64,000 bases of DNA from NCBI GenBank assembly GCA_951406725.2, contig OX597831.1:53568001-53632000 (forward strand), read 5' to 3'. Under the pieces are notes generated by a model. That model ran no database searches. It saw only the letters and a program-made list of their open reading frames with translations, and was not told where the DNA came from. Each line of letters opens with the position of its first letter. Position 1 is the first letter of the stretch. The DNA comes from Octopus vulgaris. Its lineage: Eukaryota. Below are positions 39,336-53,148 of this stretch, piece by piece. The position numbers and the translations under genes are program-made.

Positions 39336-39939
39336 ACATAGATTCTGTTGGCTTACCACAACAGAGAGAGAGAGACACACACACACAAACACAATACAGA
39401 CTATATAACAAATTCAGCATTTTGTCCTTTTGCAAATATCATTGATAATGTACATCTTTATGTAGTATTTAAAAATTCTTTTATTTTTTTTTTGTCATTT
39501 CGTATTTGAGTGAGGGCATAATGAGATTTTTGTTGCTGTATCTATTTATCTTTTTCTTTTTGAGCATTATATGCATTATAAGTGTTTCTGTACTTAACAG
39601 ATTTGTTACCAGCCAGCATATTCTTATGCAGCATAAAGGCAGTGCAGGCTACAGACTAAAAAACTATGTGCTATAGATAGAAATGCTGTTATGTTTCTAA
39701 TATGAAGCAGAGTTAGGAATTGAAAATCCCTATGGACTCTGCACACTTCACTATTAATGTGGAACAAGCACTTTAGTGTTTATGCATATAAACTTCAATA
39801 CACACACACACACACACATACATGCATACATATATACACAAGCATGCATGTATACATACATACATGCATACACACACACATCCACCCATACACACATTTG
39901 TGTACCGCCATATATATGTGTGTGTGTGTGTGTGTGTGC

Positions 39940-39977
<38 letters not shown>

Positions 39978-39979
39978 AT

Positions 39980-40310
39980 ATTCTCTGTGGATGTGTAACA
40001 TTAGTGTGCACGAACCCTAAAGAACAAATGAACTGCGAAAAAAGCTGTGTATGAGAAGAATGAGGTGTATTGTTCGCAAGAGAAGGCTGTGCTGGTATGC
40101 AATGCATATAAAGGATAACTGATGCATAAAGAAGTGCTGAGAACTGCATGTTATAGGAACCTGTAGCAGAGGGAGACCAAGAATGGCTTAGGATGGAGTG
40201 GTGAAGGCTGATCTGATGATGTGGATTCTCTTGGAGGAGATGTGAAATAACTATACTGATTGATGATATGCTGTGCAGCAGAGGACCGTTTATGGCAAAC
40301 TGACCCCTGA
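39980..40310 (+). mobile_element. Old RTE C-terminal fragment
   Basis: Diverged match to 60790-61080 (GGAACCTGTAGCAGAGGGAGACC, GTGGTGAAG). Confidence 0.7.
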
Positions 40311-41229
40311 CACAAGAGTAGTGTTTCGAGGTTGATATCCTTTGTACACAGCTAAGCAATCAGTGTACATTTTGCAACCCCACTTACCTTACACCTTTGC
40401 AATCTTTTAACTCCCCCGCCCCACCAAGTTGCTTGGTCTCCCATCAGCTCACTTTATTCTTCCACTAGCTCCATGTGTAAGAAATTGCATTGATCCCATC
40501 CCTTCTCTGACTCCCTTACTCTTCACTAGGCCTATGTATCAGAGACTGCATTGGTCAACTCTCATCCTTTCACCAGACCAATGTATAAAGGATTGCATTG
40601 GGCCATCATCATGCCTTAATAATTTCTTCTTACCTGTGCATCTCTCTCACCATTTTTGTCCCCTCTGCTACCAGCCATTGCTCTCTACTCTTTTTGCTAT
40701 GGTCACTTCTGTTACCACCCATCATTTAATTTTTATCTAAACACATTACTTCACTCTTGCTTTTGCCCACCTCTACTGTTGCTAATCACTTTCTAATCTT
40801 TATCTCATCCTATCACCTACCCTCAACCTCTTCTTTTCTAAATAATCTTGCCACCTACATCATGGTTTTGTTTTATTCCCTCTTCCATCCAGCAGTCCAG
40901 TCCCCTTTGACATAATCAATCTCACTCTCTCCTTCAAACTCCCTCCTTAGCCAACTGAAAAAGTGTCCACATCCTAGGTTATTGTACACTCTTTGCATTC
41001 ACTTGCTCTCCTCACTTACTTTTGGTTTCACTGCTGGCATCACGAGCAATGCAAGTATCTTCATTACAAGCAGTACACTTGCATCATCAATCAACCCAAT
41101 TCTTGAATCCTCTTGAAAAATTCAGGTGTGCATATTTGTATCCTCTTCTCCACAGCCACATGTTTGCATCTTCTTTCATCTTATTTGCATCATCAAATCA
41201 TTATCTGTGAATACAGTCCTTCATTGAAC

Positions 41230-41607
41230 CAAACAGGTGGAAGTTGGAAAGATGCCAGATCCAAGCTGCACAACGGATGACGAATAACTGATCAGCCCAA
41301 TTTGCTGATTATCTGATTTGTTGCCAGAGATGTTTGTGATTGCATATTGTCATGGTGAATGTGGATCATTTTCAGCTTCTTGTTCAGTCCTTTCCTCCCA
41401 ATGGCTTCTCTTAATGTCTCAATGTAGTGCTTGCTGTCTACTGTACAACCATATTTTAGAAAATCAAGGACAATGATGCCCTTGTCCTCTACAAAACAGT
41501 CACTATAACTTTCTGTGTTGATTGCTGACTTTTGAAATTCATTGGCTTTGGAGAAGAGATGTGATATCACTTCATAGACAGAGTGAGCCTTCCTCATTGA
41601 ACAATAA

Positions 41608-41645
<38 letters not shown>

Positions 41646-42239
41646 ATGCTTCCTCCCCAGTCATCAGAACAGATAAAATATATCTTCAAATACCAGATCA
41701 GAAAAACAATAGAACTTCCAACATTTCTTGCAGATCAGAGTAGACTTCCACCTTTCTCTACTTCAAACCAAGTGTCCACTGTCAAACTACCCACTTTACA
41801 TACACTTTATGATACCCAAATTCATTCTCCATCTACTGTAATGCATTATAACCACAGTCCAGTTGTGGACGAGATCATGGATGGCAACTCATCTGTTTTA
41901 CATGATTCAATTCATCCATTTGCTGGTGATTCATGTCAGTGGTTGCAGTTGATGGTCTTCTAAGGCATAGTTTGAATTCAATGCTTGTTTCCTCTTCTTG
42001 TGCACATTTCTCTTGTCAATAGTATCATCTCTGTAAAAAAACCTGTAGCCTTCCATTGCTGATGGACAGTCAGTCAGTACCCCTCTATCATCAAGACAAT
42101 GTTACTTCTGCCTGGAACCTATTATTTGCCTTGGGTTATTATAGAAGAAGAGTTACTCTATCAACATATGCAATTTGAATGAACTATGTCAGTTAATAAA
42201 AGGATAAGCTAACTTTTGCATTAGTTTCGGTACAACTCT

Positions 42240-42243
<4 letters not shown>
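41230..42243 (-). mobile_element. Decayed mariner, interrupted by (TA)n
   Basis: ORF 41292..41597 DKGIIVLDFLKYGCTVDSKHYIETLRE..IHHDN; N-terminal RPSTATTD-like remnant near 41950. Confidence 0.7.
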
Positions 42244-42291
<48 letters not shown>

Positions 42292-42436
42292 CGTGTGTGC
42301 ATGCATGCATGTGTGTGTGTTTGATTCAAATTGTGCATGCTGGTAGAGTGGCTCTTTCTCTATAGTAACACTTTTTAATGTTATTCTTCATTGCATGCAA
42401 ATAGTGGTTTCCAAACAGAAGCAATCTCTCTCTCTC

Positions 42437-42496
<60 letters not shown>

Positions 42497-42745
42497 AGTA
42501 GTCTTCAAAATCATTTGGATGGAAAAAATATCAATTCTGTAGATGAGGTCAGAAGAGTATCAGAGGAGTATTTTTCATCACAGGCAAGTAAATTTTGGAA
42601 GGAGAACCTTTCAAGCCTACCTGATAGGTGGAAGAGAATTGCAGAAAATGAAGGAGAGTATATTTTAGATTAAAAAAGAACTTTGTATATCTTTTTGAAA
42701 AATAAAAGAAGTATAAAGAACTTCATTATTTATGAGATGACTCAA
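42497..42745 (+). mobile_element. Mariner 3' end with right TIR
   Basis: SLQNHLDGKNINS..LPDRWKRIAENEGEYILD*, then CATTATTTATGAGATGACTCAA|TA. Confidence 0.85.
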
Positions 42746-43310
42746 TATATATATATATATATATTATATGTATATATACTGTTGTGTCTAGGGAAAGTCA
42801 TTTTCTTTTTGTGCTTTATAAGGTAACACACTCACCGGTAAAATTTCCACTTATTTCTTATTTTTATTTTCCTAAAATTTTTGTTACGTCTTGCAACCTT
42901 TTCAATAGTTTTGACTGTCCGTTATTTACACTGCGTTCCTTATTGTTTGTTTGTGTGCATGTGTGTGGGTCAGTGTGTGTGTGTGTGTGTGCCTATGTAT
43001 GCATGTATGTATGTATATATGTGTGTATGTATGTATGCATGTGTATGTATGTATATATGTGTGTGTGCATCTGTATGTATGTGTCCTGTATATTCAAGTG
43101 CTTGCATATCTGTGTTTGTGTATTTTCTATGTATGTGTGTGTGTGAGCGTGTGTTTGTATATGTATGCACCTTTGTCTCCTTGTGTGTGCATGTCTGTGT
43201 GTGTGTGTGTGTGTTATGCAACTATGTATGGATGGATGTGCATCTCTATATGTGTGGATCTGTGTCTCCATATGTGTCCTTGTGTGGAGTAAAGTGTATG
43301 TGTATATATA

Positions 43311-43820
43311 TAATAATATAGCATGAACAGGATAAACTATCCATATTTCACAGAGAACTATGTTGTTGGATCAGTTTAGCTTAATGGTAAAGCAGTGGAC
43401 GCATAATCACAGGGATGTGAGTTTGAGTCTCATGGCTGGCCACTGACAAATTTTTCTGCTATGCTATATTATTAGCATTATCCTGCATTTGAGAATAAAA
43501 TTATTTCTGTATCTGTATCTTTCAATGTATCTCAATGGTTCTAAAGCAAACTTTGTTTATTGACTTTCAACGTAAGCTGAACTTAACATATAATAGCGTC
43601 TTATAAGGCTAGATTTATATATCCTAAATTTGCAGAAGAATTTGTCATTGGGTCACTTTAGCTTAATGGTAAAGCACTAGATGCGTAATCACTGGGATAT
43701 GAGTTCGAGTCTCATGGCTGGGCGCCGCCAGATTTCTCCGCAAAATATGGATAGTTTAACCTGTCCATGCTATATTATTAGCATTATCCTGTGTTTGAGA
43801 ATAAAATTATTTCCTTACCT
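43311..43820 (+). mobile_element. Composite element: two tRNA-like heads inside inverted and direct repeats
   Basis: tRNA-like sequences at 43368-43441 and 43650-43723; inverted repeat 43311-43357 / 43733-43780; direct repeat ATTAGCATTATCCTG..TTTGAGAATAAAATTATTT at ~43470 and ~43775. Confidence 0.6.
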
Positions 43821-44379
43821 GTGTATATATATGTATCTATATATACACACACACATATATATATATAAATGTAGGATCAGTTGAATGAGTGTGGTAAAAT
43901 GCAGTTGGTTAGTCTCTAGCATGTATAGAAAATGCAGATAACTCAATAATTGATCAATAAAATTTATTAATCAATGCATCAATACAGTTTGTCCCATATC
44001 AAAATTAGACAGAAAATTCTGATAAGAGGACAAGTGCTATACAACTCCATTTCAAAAGCAATGAGCATTGCTTATGATGCAATCATAAAATCTGTAAATA
44101 AAAGGAATGGAAAAGGTAGTCAAGTGCTGCAGGTGTTTCAAAAGCACAAAAGGTGTATCTAACATAACATTATGTGTGTCTAGTTGCTGTCTGGTGTAAT
44201 ACAACGGTTTAGTCGAAATTGGTCTGCTATAACAAGTGCATCAGGAAGCCAAGCTTACAGAATGAATAAAAAATATAGCTAATGTTGTACATTGGATTAA
44301 TTGCTCTTGCATCTGGGACTATGATGTTGCTGCACACACACACATCCTAGACTGCATACAGAAAAGAGACAACTGATAA

Positions 44380-46593
44380 CACTGGTTTACAAAAGTTTTT
44401 TTTTTTTTTTGCTCTGAGGCAAGGATGTGAATAAGTGTTTTTTACTAATTTTGATGTGGTGAATTTAATTTTCTGAACAGTTTTGCTCTATCACCTCTAG
44501 CTTTTTTGCTTTCACATATCCCATTTTAATTATACTGCATATAAATTCAAAATATAATGTGTTTATTTCATCTGTTACAAAGGCATATTATGGAAAAAAA
44601 AAACCCAGCATAGATACACAACATTAATGGAACTAAATTACTTGGATAATACAATACACACAAATCATAGTACAGCAGATAGTTAGAAGTGAGTTTTTTC
44701 GATGCTCTTGTGTACTTTGCCACTGGGATGTCACGCAAGAACATCCAGCAAAAAGCCCCCATCATGCTGGGGTTCCACTTGCCTTGGTAGTTGCTCTTCA
44801 TCTTAGTAATATCTTGGTGGAACTTTTCTCCATGCTCATCACTCACTGCTCTGAGCTTCAGAGAGAAGTTGAGAGGAGAAAGTGAATTTTGAGTGACATT
44901 CGGCGTCCCATATCCTCATAAGACTGTCACAACTTCTTGATACACTCTTAGTAATCTAGTACCCGTGTGTTACCAAGGAAGCCATGGCAGACTGACTTAA
45001 ATGCTTCCCATGCTCTCAGTTCCTTTAAGGTAAGAAGCTCCTTAAAGTCTTTATCATTCAGCACCTCTTGGATCTGAGGTCCAACAAAGATGCCCTCCTT
45101 GAGCTTAGCAGAACTCAGAGCTGGAAACAGCGTGCATGAGTGTTGGAAGACAGCATCATTTTTGTCCATGGCCTTCACAAAATTCTTCACTAAAACAAAT
45201 TGATATGAAGAGGAGGAAGAAGCACCTTGTTCATATCCACCTGAGGATTTTCTTGGACACTGTGTTCACCAGGCATGGAAGTGCTCCTAGATCCTCAGTC
45301 CTTCTGCTTGTAGTGCTTGGACACAGCCCAACTGTCCCAGAGACAGAGAAAGTAACAGTATTTTGTGACGCCCACTTGCATACCCATAAGAAGCTCAATG
45401 ACCTTGCGGTCCCTGCAGAGACTCCACTGGTACTAGTTGTACTTGACAGCTTCCAAAAGGAGCTCCGTGTTGTCACACGACTCCTTCAGATGGACAGAGT
45501 AGGCAATGGGGATTCTGGGGTATTTATTTCCATTGTGCTGGAGTACAGCCTTCAGACTTCACTTGAAAGAGTCTATGAAAAGATGCCAGTCTGAGGGATT
45601 GTGTGGGAAACTGAGGAAAGTGAACAAGCCAGAGTCATTTGTGCAGTAGCACAACCTGTTTTCCATGTTGAAGAATGAAGCAAAGTCCTGGTTCCGTGTC
45701 TTGAAACTGGTGATCCTTACATCAGCCGTAACCAGGTTCCACTGCTTAAGCTAGGATGCCAGGAATTCTGACTGCTGCTTAGATAGATACAAATCACGGG
45801 CAAGGTCATTCAGGTCTTCCTGCATAATTCAGTGGGGCTCGTTTCCAGTTGCTCCTGAATGAACAGAGACATTGTCTTCAGAAGAGATCAACTTGGAAGA
45901 ATCTTCCCCTGAAGGTATTTCTTCATCTGACGAAGGAAGAAAATCCTTATTTGCTGGGGGTATAGGGACAGGGAGATCATCTGAGTGGGGAATAGGTCTC
46001 ATAGTTGATGGAAGGTTGGGATATTTGAATCTTTTTTCTAGAAGAAGCATTGAAACCTCTTATATTTGCTAGACAAAATAACAATCATCTGCATGGCTTC
46101 GTGGCTCACTCCAGACCATCAGGACAGCAAAGTTGAAGGCTGCTTTCTTGCTGTTAAACCATGTAGATAGCCCATTGTAGCAGGGTTTACAACAGATGTG
46201 TGGGGTTCAGGATTTGTCCTGATCTCCAATTTTACAAACAAAATAATGAAAAGTAAGCAGTTCTCAGGAGAGAAGTAATTGTTTGGCGCTGTGCAACTGT
46301 TGGGAAATCCTCACATAAATAGCAGAATGAATTTGCCTTGTTGATGCATCATAAAGTATTTTGAAGTGCCTGAAGCCATTCTAGAGATATGTATCATATC
46401 TATCACAAAACCTGGAAAACAAAATAAAAATTGATCATATATATGGTTATGTGAATTGTTGCAAAATCATAATAATGTATATCTCAAAAACTAGAGGTGA
46501 TGAATGAAAACTGGTTTTGTATCTGAAATCAGCATCCCCAAATTAGGTTAGAACAACTATTTTTGTTTGCCTCAATTTCTTTGTAAACCAGTG
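44380..46593 (-). mobile_element. Full-length but decayed Chapaev3-type (CMC) DNA transposon
   Basis: TAA|CACTGGTTTACAAA...TTTGTAAACCAGTG|TAA. Transposase remnants: NSFCYLC, YPNLPSTMRPIPHSDDLPVPIPP, AKLKEGIFVGPQI..AWEAFKSVCHGFLGN, SDEHGEKFHQDI..YQGKW. Confidence 0.88.
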
Positions 46594-46654
46594 TAACTGG
46601 CATGAAGACACTCTCAAGCATACTCCAGTCACTGGCTTAAAGACATGCTGTCTT

Positions 46655-46658
<4 letters not shown>

Positions 46659-46743
<85 letters not shown>
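46659..46743. repeat. (CT)n microsatellite
   Basis: Direct observation. Confidence 0.95.
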
Positions 46744-46746
<3 letters not shown>

Positions 46747-47179
46747 GCTCTATTACACTGTGTAACATGATTTTTGTCCTTGGATAGTAACTGTTATTTG
46801 CTATTTGCTTACCCATAAAAAGTATGAGAAATGACTAATATTTTCTTCAAACTTTGCTTTTGTTACATTATCTATTCAAACCCCAAAGAATCCCTCTCAA
46901 CACATGGCTATAATGCTCCCCACTATTACTCCTGCTCATAATCAGAGATGCACATATTGTCAGCCACTAAGAGACATGCTCAAGTGATTAAGATCAAGCA
47001 ACTGACAAGCAAATCTGTGGTATTGAACAGAATATTTGCTGAAATGAACCCTGAAATGTAATGGAAAATAGGTCAGTTTCAAAACATTAATGTCCAGGTC
47101 ACAAAAGCAAAGCTTGAGGGGAATAATAGTAATTTGTGGATTTTTCATTTGTGAATAAAAACAAAAAGGAAATAACACT

Positions 47180-47590
47180 TGTGTCTTTTATCTTTTACTT
47201 GTATCAGTCATTAGACTGTAGCTATGTTGGAGCACTGCCTTGCAGAATTTTAGTCGAGTGAATCGACCCCAATACTTATTATTTTAAGCCTGATATTTAT
47301 TCTGTTGGTCTCTTTTGCCAAACCACTAAGTTACGGGGATGTAAACTTACCAGCATCAGTTGTCAAGTGGTGGTGGGGGACAAACGCAGACACAAAGACA
47401 CACACATGCACAAACACACATATATGATAGGTTTCTTTCAGTTTCCATCAACCAAGTCCACTCACAAGGTTTTGGCCAGCCTGACGCTCTAGTTGAAGAC
47501 AGTTGTCCAAGGTGCTGTGCAGTGGAACTGAACCCAGAATCATGTGGTTGGAAAGTAAGCTTCTTACCACACATTTATACTGGCACCTAT
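47180..47590 (-). mobile_element. tRNA/CORE-like SINE (family of 62862-63300)
   Basis: Reverse complement of the full-length copy at 62862-63300. Further remnants lie near 48480, 49150, 50000/51240, 53190 and 59320/61730. Confidence 0.8.
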
Positions 47591-48412
47591 ACTGACACTT
47601 ACTCATCAAAGATGCAAAAAAAAAAAAATTGAAAGAAAATTAAAGTTTTGTTACACAGTGTAATAAATGGCTTATCAGTCCATCTAGCACCAGGGTTAGC
47701 ATGAGTCACACACAATACCCAAGAATACACAACAATCCAGGATGCCCTTGTCAAATGGGTGAGGTAATTGACATCCTGTATGTTAATACCAAGTCTAATT
47801 TGTATTTCATGCATGGTTGCAGAGCAGTTCCTGCACACAGTAACCTTCTGAGTGAGAATGACATCCCTAGGACTAATTACGATTTTGGTAACCTTACCAA
47901 GCCTGTCACTGATAAAACTAGGGCTGTGTTCAGTGAAGGTAATAATGGGCCAAGTGTAACAGTCTGTAAATGTCTCTCTTCCTGTCTAGGGTTTGGAATA
48001 CTAGTTAATGAAATTTGGTGAAAAGTCTAACCAGGAACTATAATCATAATTAGCTTAAATAATGTTAAATAGATAAAGTATGGAGCTAGAGGTTCCTTGC
48101 AAAATTTTCAGTAAAAACAAATGAATAGGAAGCAACAGGAATTGTTTAATAGGAATTAGGGTTTGTAGCAGAAAAATATGTTGCATAATCTATGTACACA
48201 TCTCCTATTAACTAGTATTCAAGTATTCTACGTTACTCCTCTATGTTACTACTATCTGCTGATGTGGAGATCTGTGTTCTACAGTGAGAATGACATATGT
48301 ACCTGATAAAAAAATTATATCAGATGGTTGCAAGGCATTCATAATACTATGTTAGTTGCACTCAACGTGCTTTTCAAATATCTGTAATACTTGACTACCT
48401 CTTTTTTCCCTT

Positions 48413-48459
<47 letters not shown>

Positions 48460-48804
48460 CTCATGCACACACACATGAACACAGAGGTATGACTGTGTGG
48501 TTGAGAAGCTTGTTTCAAATCATATCGTCTTGGTTCAGTCCCACTGTGTGGTAACCTCAGGTAAGTGCCTTCTGCTACAGCCATGGGTGAGCCAAAGCCT
48601 TGTGAATGGATTTGGAACATAGAAACTGAAGGAACCTATTATAAATATACATATATATGTATGTGCATATAAGTGTGTGTATATATTCACATATATATAT
48701 GTGTGAATATATATGTGAAATGTTTAATATATATTATACATGTGTGTATGTGTGTAATATATAGTAATAAATATACATACACAACACAGATATATATATA
48801 TTTA

Positions 48805-48852
<48 letters not shown>

Positions 48853-50309
48853 CAGCAGTAATAGTAGTAGTAGTAGTTTAATGTGTCAGTTTAAAGATAA
48901 TTGACATTGTATTAGCCCCCTAGATTACAGCATAGTAAAGAAAACAGGAAGAACACCCTCACACCCTCCTTTAATGTCTATATGATGTCTATAGGTAATT
49001 TAGGGAACAAAGGCTTTGTTATTAAGTGTCATTAATTGTTCTAAATGTAGCACATATGCTGCCAAAAGATCCAGCCTCTGGTGACAGTGAAGCTTCTGAC
49101 ATAATTTTCCAGGTCAAAAATGACAATAGTGTACTAATTGCTCTTCCCATCCATATGGTTCAGGGTTCAACCTTACTGCATGGCATCTTAGGCAAGTGTC
49201 TTCTATTATAGCCACAGGCCGACCAAAGCCTTGTGAATGGCTTACATGGCTTTGGTATTTGGAAACTGAAAGAGACCCAACAAATGTGTGTGTGTGTGTA
49301 TCTATGTATCTATATGTGTATCTATGTATCTATGCATCTATGTGTATGTGTGCTTGTCACCCAACAATTGCTTGATAACTGGTGTTTGTTCGTTTACATC
49401 CCTGTAACTTAACAGGGATGTAAAGATGTATAAAGATGTATAAAATATACATCTTTTATACATGTACAAAAGATGTATAAAATCTTTTATACATCTTTTA
49501 TGTATAAAAGATGTATAAAATATCTTTTATACATAGGCATTATACCAAAGCCTTATGAGGAAATTTTATAGATGGAAACTGAAAGAAGCCTGTCATATGT
49601 GTGTGATGTATAAAATACATCACACACATATGATGTATTTTATACATCACACACATATGACAGATATATAAAATACTTGGGAAGCAAGTAAGGATTAGCA
49701 ACAGGAAGAGCATCCAACTGCAGAACGCCTTAATAATATATTCAGCTGACTGATGCAAGTATGGAAAAATGTAGTAAACCAAATAAATGAGCAATCATAC
49801 ATTACTATTTTCTAGGACATGCATGTGTCTATCATTACGGGCAAACCAACAAAGACTTTACAGAAATGGCTCTGTATCACACCTGCCACATTAAATATAA
49901 ATGAGATGATAAACATATGCTTTCACTGTGAGATTGTATTTAATTTGACAACTTTGAGTTCAACAACATCATTGACATTTAGCAGAATTATCTGTTACCA
50001 TGTATCTTTTACTTGTTCCAATCATTAGACTGTTGTCGAACTTGCAAGGTGTAAATTTAAGAAACTACACCAGCCTTGAAGGATTTAGTGAAATAAATCA
50101 GCTGCAGTACTTACCTTTTTAAGCCTGGTACTTATTCTATCAGTCTCTTCTGCCAAACCACTAATTTACAGAAATGTAAACAAACTAACACTGGTCATCA
50201 ATAAGTAGTAGGGGAAAAACATAGACACAAACACACACATGCGTGCACACACGCATACACACAGACATAAAAATGGAGAAGCACATTCTAAGAAATAGAG
50301 CAATATATA

Positions 50310-51196
50310 TGCGGTCTGATCAATAAGTATTCAGACTATTGCCATAGTAACAAAGCTAAAGTACACAGAGTAAAGTCACTCAGCACAGATTGATCTTGAA
50401 TTCCGCTTTGTATACACACTAAGTCTTAACACTCTAGCTCACTACCACTGTTTACAGCAATGCTTGGAAGGAAGGTGTATAGCATGTGATCATTTTATTG
50501 ACCATGACAGAGGAAGTTGAGCAGAAAATCTGCATCAAATTTTGCCAAAAGCTTTGGAATACCTGCTCAGAGGCCTATGCAAAGTTTCCAAAAAGTTTTC
50601 ATCATTCTTGACACAATCAAGGAGTTCTTGTGCAACTGAAACTCGAGTGTCCTTTGGTCAGCTGAAAACAGTTTTGGTACAAACTAGGCAGGCACATGTC
50701 TCATACCCAAATCTTCAGTGAGAAAGGACTGAACTGAACTGTAACTAACCTGCACATCCTCTGATAATTCACGGATGGTGATATGATGATTTCCCCTCTC
50801 AGTTGCACACACATCAGCAATGTTTTTCTCAGTTCTATTGGTTGTAGGTCTCCCAGAACATTCATTAATATTGACATTTTTTCGGCCAACTTGGAAACGT
50901 CTGAACCACTTGTACACTTGTGTGCAGCTCATACACTCGTCTCCATACACTTTCTGCAACTTCATGTAGGCTTTTGAGCTGGTATCACCATGACAGCTTT
51001 CTCTGTCATGATCAATGTGATGATCACACACTACACACCTGCCTTCCAAGCACTGCAGTAAACAGAGGAAGTGAGCTAGAATGTTAAAACTGCATGCACA
51101 ACAGAGTTGAAGGTCAATCTGTGCCAAATGGCACACTCTGTGTGCTTTAGCTCAATTGCAATGGCAACAGTCTGGATACTTATTGATCAGACCTCA
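50310..51196. mobile_element. Mariner-derived element built from two inverted 5' ends (long-TIR MITE)
   Basis: TA|TGCGGTCTGATCAATAAGTAT ... ATACTTATTGATCAGACCTCA|TA; ~200-bp inverted similarity running into the start codon. Minus ORF 50684..51136 has LQKVYGDECMSCTQVYKWFRRF..SGRP. Confidence 0.85.
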
Positions 51197-51203
51197 TATT
51201 TAT

Positions 51204-51237
<34 letters not shown>

Positions 51238-51819
51238 ATACACGACAAGCTTCTTTCAGTTTCTGTCTACCAGATCTACCCATAAGGCTTTGGTCAGCCC
51301 AAGGCTATAGTAGAAGACACTTGCCCAAGGTACCATGTGGATGGGAAGCAAGCTTCTTTCCACATGCATCTGTGTAGCTTTGTGTTTGTATCTCTTCAAC
51401 CCAACTGCTTGACAACTGATGTTCGTTTGCTTACGTTCCTGTAACGTAGCAGTTCAGCAAAAGAAACTGATAGAATAAATGCCAGACTTTAATAAAAAAT
51501 AAGTCCTAAAGTTGATTAGTTTAACTAAATCTTTCAAGATGGTGTGCTATAGCATGGCCACAGTCAAATGACTGAAATAACCAAAAGACAAAACAAAAAT
51601 ATAGACACACACATATGACAGGCTTCTTTTAGTTTCCATCTATGAAATTTCCTCACAAGGCCTTGGTCAGCCTGGGATACATTATATACACATCTCGTGG
51701 AAGCTACTCTATTGTTAGTGGTTTAATTACAACTGTGTTTGGTTCTAGCACACTATGTTAAGCTACTTTAAAATGATGATGTAACAATGTAAATATTGTA
51801 ATTTAAAAAAATTATAAAC

Positions 51820-52121
51820 GTCGCCCTTTTCAAGCCTAGCCAGGGTCATGGGCCTGGTTTCCCAGTTTTTGTGGCGTATGTGCTCCCCCCAGCTGGATGG
51901 GACGCCAGTCCTTTGCAGTGTTTCTCAAGAAACAGGAAGAGAGAGTGAGAGAAAGTTGTGGTGAAAGAGTATATCAGGGGTCACCCCCCCCCTGCCGGAG
52001 TCTCGTGGAGCTTTTAGGTGTTTTTGCTCAATAAACACACACAATGCTTCATCTGGGAATCGAAACCGTGATCCTCTGACTGTGAGTCCACTGCCCTAAC
52101 CACTGGGTTATTGCGCCTCCA
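51820..52121 (-). mobile_element. tRNA-derived SINE (family of 18915-19234)
   Basis: Reverse complement of that copy over its full length. Confidence 0.88.
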
Positions 52122-52910
52122 CGTTGTAATTTACTTTGATAAAATAAAATGTTATTTCAACAATGTTCATAGTTGGTTTATTATGGGGCAACACACAACT
52201 AAACTTGATACCAACCAACAAATACTCATACAGCCAGTATGACAGTAGAATACTTATCATCAAAACAGACGGGGATTCACTTCCTACTTTTTTAGAGGCT
52301 TCCATTATTGCTCACTTCCTAATTTGAAATATTCTTCCAGCACTGATAAGAAACTCCCTTTGAAACTTTTACTAAAAATAAAACACGTTACTCATCAACA
52401 TGGTTGTATTAACTTCACCACAACATACAAAGTAAAATGACACGATCAACCAACATTTGCTCTGCTTCAATATGAACCCATTATCTCTGATATTCCATTA
52501 AATTATCTTTCTATCCTTTATCTCTCATCAAAAAGTGTGTCTAATCTTGTATCATGCTCCTTATTTCCACAGAAACATCAATTAGTAATGGTAAGAAAAG
52601 CAACTGGCAAATTTGGAAATTATCTCAAACCCTGATAATATTTTAATATGTCACCCAACATTTTCATTTAATCTGGTTAGATTTAATTCTAGAATGTTCT
52701 CATTTCTAATTATAGAAATAGAACAGAGAGAAATGAACTGTATTTCACTCTTCAAACAAGGTTTGTCTGGGAAGAGATATATTTGTATAATATATATATT
52801 TGTTTACATGCAAATGCACATACATACACACACTCATACAAATACATGCATACCCAATGCCCAATGCCCACTCTCATTTACATATACATATATACATACA
52901 TATTTATATG

Positions 52911-52982
<72 letters not shown>

Positions 52983-53072
52983 TATATATGTATGTATATA
53001 TAATTTATATGTGTATTATTATATATATATTATATTTTTTTTTTTTTATATATATATATATATATATATATT

Positions 53073-53148
<76 letters not shown>

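Noticed and set aside
38679-39435. His-rich or Pro-rich (extensin/formin-like) ORFs
   Set aside because: Products of a (GAT)/(GGT) low-complexity tract.
43368-43723. Functional tRNA genes
   Set aside because: Anticodon loops lack U33, stems are mismatched and the two copies disagree; treated as repeat-borne tRNA-like heads.
47599-48021. ORFs 47599..47838 and 47701..48021 as gene fragments
   Set aside because: No recognisable motif or splice support; probably an old unassigned repeat.
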